From Myxococcales bacterium (GTDB lineage Bacteria; Desulfobacterota; Binatia; HRBIN30), in assembly GCA_037445065.1 (NCBI GenBank), contig JBBILD010000003.1, positions 128,001 to 192,000 on the forward strand: 64,000 nucleotides of DNA, given 5' to 3'. This document shows, piece after piece, positions 23,686 through 30,271 of the stretch (its first letter is position 1; each line of letters opens with the position of its first letter). Below the pieces are notes generated by a model. The model made no database searches and was not told the DNA's origin. It worked only from the letters and a program-made list of their open reading frames with translations. The position numbers were made by a program, and so were the translations under genes.

Positions 23686-24078
23686 ATGGAGCGGGTCGTG
23701 GGAAAGAGAAAAACAAACGGGTTCACCTTAATCGAGCTTCTCACCGTGATCGCGATTCTCGGTGTGCTGGCGGCGATCGCGATCCCCCAGTTCATGCTGT
23801 ATCGCCAGCATGCTTTCGATGGGCTTGCGCAAAGCGACTTGCGCAACGTAGTAACTGCCGAGGAGGCGTACTTTACCGCGAACGGGTCTTATGTGAGCTG
23901 CAGTTCGGCGGCGAACTGTCAAGCAATTTTGCACGGCTACACGAAATCGGACAATGGCGTACAACTCGCAGTGGAAGCAACGGCGACCACCTTCGTGGGC
24001 ACCTCCAAACACATCCAGGGAGGTGGGGGAATCTGGAAGTTCGACAGCGAACAAGGCCGCTATATTTATTTAGAATAG
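23686..24078 (+). CDS. Type IV pilin (PilA-like)
   Basis: Class III signal KRKTNG|FTLIELLTVIAILGVLAAIAIPQF. Upstream TTGCAC-N17-TACGAG (23639-23667). Confidence 0.93.
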   Translation: MERVVGKRKTNGFTLIELLTVIAILGVLAAIAIPQFMLYRQHAFDGLAQSDLRNVVTAEEAYFTANGSYVSCSSAANCQAILHGYTKSDNGVQLAVEATATTFVGTSKHIQGGGGIWKFDSEQGRYIYLE

Positions 24079-24139
24079 CTGCTGATCCGCTCGAGGGGCG
24101 GGCGGCGGCCTGAATGTTGGCGGAAGCATCGATTGGTGG

Positions 24140-24254
24140 GGTTTCCTGACGGGACCGGCCGAGACGTGGGATGCCCGAAAACCGCTGGGGCGCCCGAGCG
24201 GGCGATGGCGTTTGCGGCGCATCCCTCCGTTTCGCATGCCGGTCGTCAGGAACC
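24140..24254. other. Extended rod-like inverted-repeat structure (candidate structured RNA or miniature element)
   Basis: Nested helices TTCCTGACG/CGTCAGGAA, ACCGGC/GCCGGT, CGAGACG/CGTTTCG, GGGATGC/GCATCCC and CGCCC/GGGCG. Confidence 0.5.
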
Positions 24255-24439
24255 GAGAGGCTAGATACGCAGGGTTGCGAGGGGTTCCACGAGCGCGGCG
24301 TTTGCTGTGCCCCAAAGCCCCAATTTTTCTTCTCTGGCTGCTTGCCTCGCTCGGCCGCTACGCGGTAGGCGCAGCCCGAGCTGCTGAGCGGAAGGGGGGC
24401 GCGAAGCGAGCGCGCGGAACTCGCGGAAGGAGCGTCACA

Positions 24440-26812
24440 ATGGCTCGTCAGGGGCAAGTGGAGCGAAAGATCGGGCTGGGAGGGCTTTGCGTCATTGCTG
24501 CGATGTTCGTGGCGCAACTTGGCGTCCACTCGGCGGGGGCAATCCAATGTAGCGGCGGAGAGACCGACGGATTTTCTTGCGACGATGGCAATCCCTGCAC
24601 GGTGGGCGACGTGTGCTGGAACCAGCAGTGCCAACCGGGCTCTGTTGCCACAGGCAACGCGTGTGACGATGGAGACGTATGTACGATCGGTGAGAGCTGC
24701 CAGTCGGACGGTTCGTGCGGTGGGGGAAGCATCAACGGTGCGTGCGGTTGCTGCGAGTTCACCAGTAATACGGGGGGCGGTGAGTTCGGAACTTGCACCT
24801 CGCCGGTGACCGAGGAGGATTGCGAGCAGGAGCTAGGAGGGTTCTTTGAACAAGGGGGCATTTGCAATACGCAGTCAGGCGTTTGCCAGGCTGGCGGCGA
24901 GTGTGGGAACGGGCAGGTGGAGGGGTTCGAACAGTGCGACGACGGCAACCAAGAAAGTGGCGACTGCTGCGACGCGAGCTGCCAGTTCGAATCGCAAGGC
25001 GCAGCCTGCAAGGATGGCAACCCATGCACACTCAACGATTCTTGCGACGGGTCTGGCATTTGCACCGGGGGCAGTGCAAACCCGCAGTGTGGTTGCTGCG
25101 AGTTCGGTCTCCTTTCGAGCGTCTTCGATTCGTCAGCGCGGACGCTCGAGGGCGCCTGCGAGGCCCCGGTGGAGGAACAGTCTTGCCGCGATTCGCTGGG
25201 GGAGTTCTTCCAGGGGGCGAGTTGCAATCTGGAACTCGGCACGTGTGAATTAGCCGCGGTTTGCGGCAACGGGACGGTCGAGATCGGTGAACAGTGCGAC
25301 GACGGAAACCTGGAGAACGGAGATTGTTGCGACTCCTCCTGCCAGTTTGAGGAGCTGGAAAGCCCTTGCAGCGACGGAAATGCTTGCACCGACGAGGACT
25401 ATTGCAACGGCGAAGGGACCTGCGTCTCTGGCGTTCCCGTAAGCTGCAACGATTCCAACGAGTGCACGACGGACGTGTGCGATCCGCAGCAGGGGTGTAC
25501 CTTTACTCCGAATAACGATCCGTGCGACGACGGGAATGCGTGTACGTTCGATGATACCTGCTCCGACGGCCAGTGCATTGGCACGCTGGTCTCCTGCCAG
25601 CCGCCGGTCCCGCCGTGCGAGTCCGGCGAGTTTTGCAACCCGAGCAGCGGCTTGTGTGAAGCTCTACCTGACGCGCCCACCACGGTTCCATGCGAACTGG
25701 ACCAGAACGTCTGCACGGTAGACCGCTGTGATGGCAACGGTTCGTGTCAGTTCGTGGAAAACGCCGAGGCTGGCACGCCGTGCGACGACGGATTGTTCTG
25801 TAACGGCCTGGGCGACACATGCGACGGATCGGGTCAATGCCAGCATCCGGGGGACCCCTGCTCGGGTGGGAGCGAGTGCAGCCGGACTTGCAATGAGGCG
25901 GCGGACAACTGCTTTGACCCGGTTGGAACGCCGTGCAGCGAGGATGGGTTGGTGTGCACGGCGGATCAATGCGACGGGTCGGGGATCTGTGGCCACACGC
26001 AGGTGCCGGTGAGCCAATGCCCGAAGGGCTACGTGATCTTGGAGGCGCCTGCATCGGCAACAGTCAATGCGGAAGTTGCCTACACCTCACAGGTCAAGGG
26101 CGGTTCGGCATGCGCGGAAAACGTACGGCTCCGACAGGCGTCGCTGCTGGATGGAAACGCGATCGGGCCGAGTGGCGTGAGGGTCGGAAAGGATGCTGTG
26201 GCAAGCGGCATGTGTGTCACTGCCGGTGCGAGCGTGATTCTTGGCGTGAACGCGCAGTGTCTGGCGGGTACCGACACGAGTGGCACGCATACGTTGCTAA
26301 GCGATTGTTCAGGCGCATCGGACTTGGCGGAACAGCGGAGGCAGATGCTGCTCGCTCTGAGTGCGGATCAGAGTTTGGGGTCGGTCACCGTTGGAACGAG
26401 TGCCACGCATGACATCACTCCGTTCAGCACGGCACCTGGTGACGTGGTGGTGATTGACTACGATTCGCTTACGATCAAACCGAACCGTACCCTCACGATC
26501 AAAGGGAACGCGAACACGGCGGCGGTGGTCATTCGCATCTCAGGGAATCTGCGCGTACGCCTGAACGGGAAGATCGTTACGCAGGGCATCCCCGCAGGCC
26601 CGGGGGGATCTCCGGCTGAGCGCGTGCTGTTTTTGGTAGGGGGAACGGCGGAGCTTCGGCGGATTGCGGAGGTGCAGGGCACGATTTTCTCCCAAGGTAC
26701 GCTCACCGTCCGCCGGGACGCGCAGGTGACCGGTGCGCTGGTCAGCGCTGCTTCGCCCTTGCGGGTGCGACCATCGGTGGAAGTCGTCCACGCGCCGTGG
26801 GTACTGTGGTAG
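24440..26812 (+). CDS. Large secreted cysteine-rich repeat protein (myxococcal Cys-rich/DUF4215-like and CDDGNxCT repeats) with a C-terminal beta-rich domain
   Basis: SD GGAAGGAG, signal peptide, CGNGxVExxEQCDDGNxxxGDCC twice, many CDDGNxCT units and a Cys-poor C-terminus. Confidence 0.85.
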   Translation: MARQGQVERKIGLGGLCVIAAMFVAQLGVHSAGAIQCSGGETDGFSCDDGNPCTVGDVCWNQQCQPGSVATGNACDDGDVCTIGESCQSDGSCGGGSINGACGCCEFTSNTGGGEFGTCTSPVTEEDCEQELGGFFEQGGICNTQSGVCQAGGECGNGQVEGFEQCDDGNQESGDCCDASCQFESQGAACKDGNPCTLNDSCDGSGICTGGSANPQCGCCEFGLLSSVFDSSARTLEGACEAPVEEQSCRDSLGEFFQGASCNLELGTCELAAVCGNGTVEIGEQCDDGNLENGDCCDSSCQFEELESPCSDGNACTDEDYCNGEGTCVSGVPVSCNDSNECTTDVCDPQQGCTFTPNNDPCDDGNACTFDDTCSDGQCIGTLVSCQPPVPPCESGEFCNPSSGLCEALPDAPTTVPCELDQNVCTVDRCDGNGSCQFVENAEAGTPCDDGLFCNGLGDTCDGSGQCQHPGDPCSGGSECSRTCNEAADNCFDPVGTPCSEDGLVCTADQCDGSGICGHTQVPVSQCPKGYVILEAPASATVNAEVAYTSQVKGGSACAENVRLRQASLLDGNAIGPSGVRVGKDAVASGMCVTAGASVILGVNAQCLAGTDTSGTHTLLSDCSGASDLAEQRRQMLLALSADQSLGSVTVGTSATHDITPFSTAPGDVVVIDYDSLTIKPNRTLTIKGNANTAAVVIRISGNLRVRLNGKIVTQGIPAGPGGSPAERVLFLVGGTAELRRIAEVQGTIFSQGTLTVRRDAQVTGALVSAASPLRVRPSVEVVHAPWVLW

Positions 26813-26854
26813 CCGTCGCTCACCAGCGCCCGCGCGCAGGTGCATTCGGTAGCA

Positions 26855-26899
26855 GCGGCCTACCCCTCATGAGCTAGGGGTAGGCCGCCTTTGCTTTCC
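26855..26899 (+). terminator. Intrinsic terminator-like hairpin
   Basis: 13-bp stem GCGGCCTACCCCT/AGGGGTAGGCCGC followed by CTTTGCTTT. Confidence 0.7.
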
Positions 26900-27564
26900 G
26901 AAGTAAGCGGCCGAAGTGAATGGGACAGAAATTGGCTGTAGCTTCGGACCGAAGCTTCTCCTCCAATTAGGCCGCCAAAGCCTCATTTGGAGTGGTGGGC
27001 CTGCGCGATTGTCGCCCTTTGGAGATCTCATGGTCTCTAAGCCCGAGCGAGGGCGTACTTCAGCGAGAGACTGCGTAGACCACTGTGAGTTGCCGCGTGG
27101 CAGTGGCCCGAGCTGTCCTCACCGTTTTTAGGTGAGAGCCAACTCGGGGGACACCGGTTCTCACGGTGACGGTTGTTAAAGCGGGGTCGCGGCTGCCAGG
27201 ATCCACGAGAGGCAGGGTGCGCTTTTCGGCTGCCGCGAGTTCGGACGTTGTGGCTGGTTTGCTCGCTGCAATTCGTATCGAAGTTCGACCGTCGCGTTGG
27301 CGTTCCGCTTGTCGGGCCAGTAACAGCAGGCGCCAAAGACCGTGCATCGGCCCGGCAGAAATCCTGAAGAGCAGAGCGATACAACAACGAAGGAGAGCGC
27401 CGTCGGAAGCCCGATCTCTCCAAACGCGGGACGGTGCGAGCAAGGCGTCGAGGCCACTGCGATGGGGGCCACATTGTAAAGGGCTGTGCCGGAAAAGAGG
27501 GCCGTGGGTTAGGCGGAGCTGGCGGGGCTGAGGAGGGAGGGAAAAGAAGAAAGATCCCGATGTG

Positions 27565-27593
27565 GTGAAAATGATTATCAAAATCGTTACAGA
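27565..27593 (+). promoter_or_regulatory. Fur box overlapping the predicted promoter of the heme-uptake operon
   Basis: GAAAATGATTATCAAAATC (27567-27585) matches 15/19 to GATAATGATAATCATTATC (16/19 on the reverse strand). It lies inside GTGAAA-N17-TACAGA. Confidence 0.8.
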
Positions 27594-27762
27594 CCAGCTC
27601 CGATGGGCCACGAGAGGAGAAGAAAGAGAAGTTGGGGCTCGGTAATCGCATTTCGGGGAGGACAGCTACGTCGAAGCCGATTGCGGCGATTGCGCTCGGA
27701 GGCCGGTGCCCGGTGCGCGTGAGGTGGGCGGCTGTGTCGCCAACAGCGGTTGGGATTGAACG

Positions 27763-27975
27763 ATGAGCGAGGCATCGAGTGGGAAGCGTGATCCTGCTTT
27801 CGTTGGCGGGCCGGGGGATGTCCGTTGTTGCTGCGGCAGTTTGCTTGCTCGGCTGCTGAAGGATGGAGTCGAGCTCAAGTGCCGCCGATGCAAGCGCATT
27901 GTGTTTCTGGATTTCAGAGGAGAGCTCGTTGTGAAGGAGCGTTCACCGCCGGACAGAGGCGTTTCTTCGACTTGA
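27763..27975 (+). CDS. Mu Com-like zinc-ribbon protein (70 aa)
   Basis: DVRCCCGSLLARLLKDGVELKCRRCKR matches the Com-family pattern RCxxCxxLL...ExKCxRC. Confidence 0.72.
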   Translation: MSEASSGKRDPAFVGGPGDVRCCCGSLLARLLKDGVELKCRRCKRIVFLDFRGELVVKERSPPDRGVSST

Positions 27976-27992
27976 CTTTGTTTCCGCGGCCC

Positions 27993-28057
27993 GAGGTCAC
28001 GAACCCAGAGCCCACGTGATTTTCTGACTTTGACAACACATTTGGAGGGTTCGATGA
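27993..28057 (+). promoter_or_regulatory. Putative two-state translational RNA switch (tandem GARNNCA motifs, anti-SD helix)
   Basis: GAGGTCA-c-GAACCCA-GAGCCCA. TCACGAACCC (27997-28006) pairs with GGGTTCG-A-TGA (28047-28057). The alternative hairpin is GAGGTCACG/CGTGATTTT. Confidence 0.5.
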
Positions 28058-29205
28058 GAGTTCGGAAAAGACCGTTCGTACTAAGTTTGTGGGCTGTGAC
28101 TGTGATGCTTCTCGCGCCACAAGCGGAGACGCGCGCAGACACTCTGGTGATCGACGATCAAACCCCGGGCACGGTATATGATGCGATCTTGGATGGTTAC
28201 CCTGGGTTTTTCACCCAGGACGGAATGCCGGACGCTGGCAACAACAATTTGGCGGTTGCCTTGAAGGCTGGCGCTACTGAGTTGCGCAGCATCGCCGAGT
28301 TTCCTCTTTCTCCGCTAGCAGGCCGGACCTCAGCGGATGTCTTGTCGGCGAAGTTGCGTTTTAATGTGGACGACGTTTTGGGGTTTCTGGGTGCACCGCT
28401 CAGCGGCTGCGCGCCTGAGAATATCGCGGTGTGGGTACGGGCTGGTGACGGTGCGATTCCTCTTTCCGACTTCATCGTAACGGGCCCGCCTACCGCTGTA
28501 GTGAACACGGGCCTGAGTTGCTCAATCACCGATACGACCCTGGGCAGCACGGGTCCTGTGATCTTTGAGGTCACGGTGACCTCCGCCTTGAAGGACCTCC
28601 TGGAGGCAAATGCGCAGTTCGCCAATGTTGTCTGGGCAACGAACTCTGACAACACAGGTGCCTCGATGGACGACTTGGGGCTGGACAGTTCTGGGCCTCC
28701 TGGGGTTCGCGGTGCCCGCATGCCCTATCTGGTCATTGAGTTAGCGGAACTGCCTCCCCCCTCGCTGGATGCGAAGACCCGGCGGTGCCAGCGGACTGTG
28801 ACAACACACGCTCTAAGCTTAGAGAGTCTTGTGCAGCGGCAGCTCGCTGCGTGCAGCGATCGTGTGCTCAACGACTCCGCTGCCGGGAAACCGCTGACGA
28901 AGGCAACGGATTTCTGCGCTGCGCGCTTGTCGTGGATACCCGTTGACAATTCGCGAGTGTGGAAATGGCGCGGCGCGGCGGAGGCGGCGATCCGCAAGGC
29001 GTGTGCTCCGCCGGTCGTGCTGACCGATTTAGGCCCGCCTTGTGATCAAAATATCGTGGATGAAACTGCGCTGGCGACCTGCGTTTTGGACCAGGCACTG
29101 CAAAGTGCTCAGAGAACGTTCCGCCGCTCTAACGCGCTGATTTGTCGTACCTTGACGGCAGTGGGGCTGAACCTCCAGTACCCAAACGCTTGCTCGCTGA
29201 ACTGA
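28054..29205 (+). CDS. Secreted protein of unknown function: N-terminal beta-sandwich-like domain plus Cys-linked helical C-terminal domain
   Basis: SD GGAGG and signal peptide (ends TRA-D). N-domain is paralogous to the next gene. Confidence 0.85.
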   Translation: MRVRKRPFVLSLWAVTVMLLAPQAETRADTLVIDDQTPGTVYDAILDGYPGFFTQDGMPDAGNNNLAVALKAGATELRSIAEFPLSPLAGRTSADVLSAKLRFNVDDVLGFLGAPLSGCAPENIAVWVRAGDGAIPLSDFIVTGPPTAVVNTGLSCSITDTTLGSTGPVIFEVTVTSALKDLLEANAQFANVVWATNSDNTGASMDDLGLDSSGPPGVRGARMPYLVIELAELPPPSLDAKTRRCQRTVTTHALSLESLVQRQLAACSDRVLNDSAAGKPLTKATDFCAARLSWIPVDNSRVWKWRGAAEAAIRKACAPPVVLTDLGPPCDQNIVDETALATCVLDQALQSAQRTFRRSNALICRTLTAVGLNLQYPNACSLN

Positions 29206-29284
29206 GTGAGCGCGTGCCGTCAGCCCCGGGGCCGTGTCGTGAGTGCGGCGGCACAGCCCCGGCTCCCTGATCCGGAGGTCAGAG

Positions 29285-30271
29285 ATGAGAGGAAGTTTCG
29301 CCTTGGTTCTTGGGTTGTTGGTAACGGCAGTTTCGCACTCCGTCCATGGGGAAGCAGTGCGCATTGGCGAATCCGATGGTGCGTTGTATGATGGAATCTT
29401 TGACGGGTACCCTGGCATAGCGTTGTTCGACGGAACCCCTGATCTGACGAACAACCCCCCCTCCGTGGCGCTCAAATTTGGGGTGCTGGAAATGCGAACG
29501 GTAGCGGAGTTCCCGTTACCTGCAGTAGCCGGAAAACGCCTCAGCGGCGCCGACCGAGTCGTACTTCACTTCAACATCGACGATGTAATTCCCACGTTCG
29601 GGCCGGGCGCGGAATTCTCTGGACGAGCGGCAAGCACAATTCTTGTGCACCCGTATTGCGGCGACGGAGCCACTGCTCTCGATGACTCCCTACAGGTCGG
29701 CGCTGCTGCGTTCGAAGTGGATACTACACCCTTCGGAGTCATCACAGACGAGACCCTCGCTCGATCCGGTCCGCTGTTTTTTGAACTCGACGTCACCGAG
29801 GCGGTGGTTGATCTCTTGGCCGAAGGCTGCGCGTGGCTCGGATTTGTTTTTCGGACCACGACGAACAACACGGCGACTTCGATTGATGACCTCGGGGACG
29901 GAGGCAGCTACGGCGGCACAAAAGGAGCTGGGGGAGCCAGTCTACCCTCTTTGGAGTGGTTTTTCTCGGCGGAAGCGCCGCCAACTCTAACCACTACAGT
30001 GGAGCCTGTCGCCAGCCCGACACTCAGCCCTACGCCGACAGCGCGCAGCGAGGGACCGAGCGAAACACCGACAACAACGCCGGCGTGCGCCGGTGACTGC
30101 AACGGCGACTCGGCAGTGACGATCGACGAGGTGTTAGTTCTTGTTCGGATTGCCCTCGGCCTTGGGAGCCCAGACTCGTGCGTTGCTGGGGACCTCGATC
30201 GGAGCGCCGATATCACCGTCGACGAGATCATCGTGGCCGTGACTGCAGCGCTTTTGGGTTGCCAACCGTGA
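29285..30271 (+). CDS. Secreted paralog with Pro/Thr linker and dockerin-like C-terminal domain
   Basis: SD GGAGG, signal peptide, PT-rich linker, CAGDCNGDSAVTIDEV...GDLDRSADITVDEI...GC. Confidence 0.85.
   Translation: MRGSFALVLGLLVTAVSHSVHGEAVRIGESDGALYDGIFDGYPGIALFDGTPDLTNNPPSVALKFGVLEMRTVAEFPLPAVAGKRLSGADRVVLHFNIDDVIPTFGPGAEFSGRAASTILVHPYCGDGATALDDSLQVGAAAFEVDTTPFGVITDETLARSGPLFFELDVTEAVVDLLAEGCAWLGFVFRTTTNNTATSIDDLGDGGSYGGTKGAGGASLPSLEWFFSAEAPPTLTTTVEPVASPTLSPTPTARSEGPSETPTTTPACAGDCNGDSAVTIDEVLVLVRIALGLGSPDSCVAGDLDRSADITVDEIIVAVTAALLGCQP

Noticed and set aside
24560..26010. Recurring TGCGACGACGG-type nucleotide repeats, considered as a CRISPR or tandem array
   Set aside because: They encode CDDG protein repeats, have irregular spacing and synonymous variation, and there are no cas genes.
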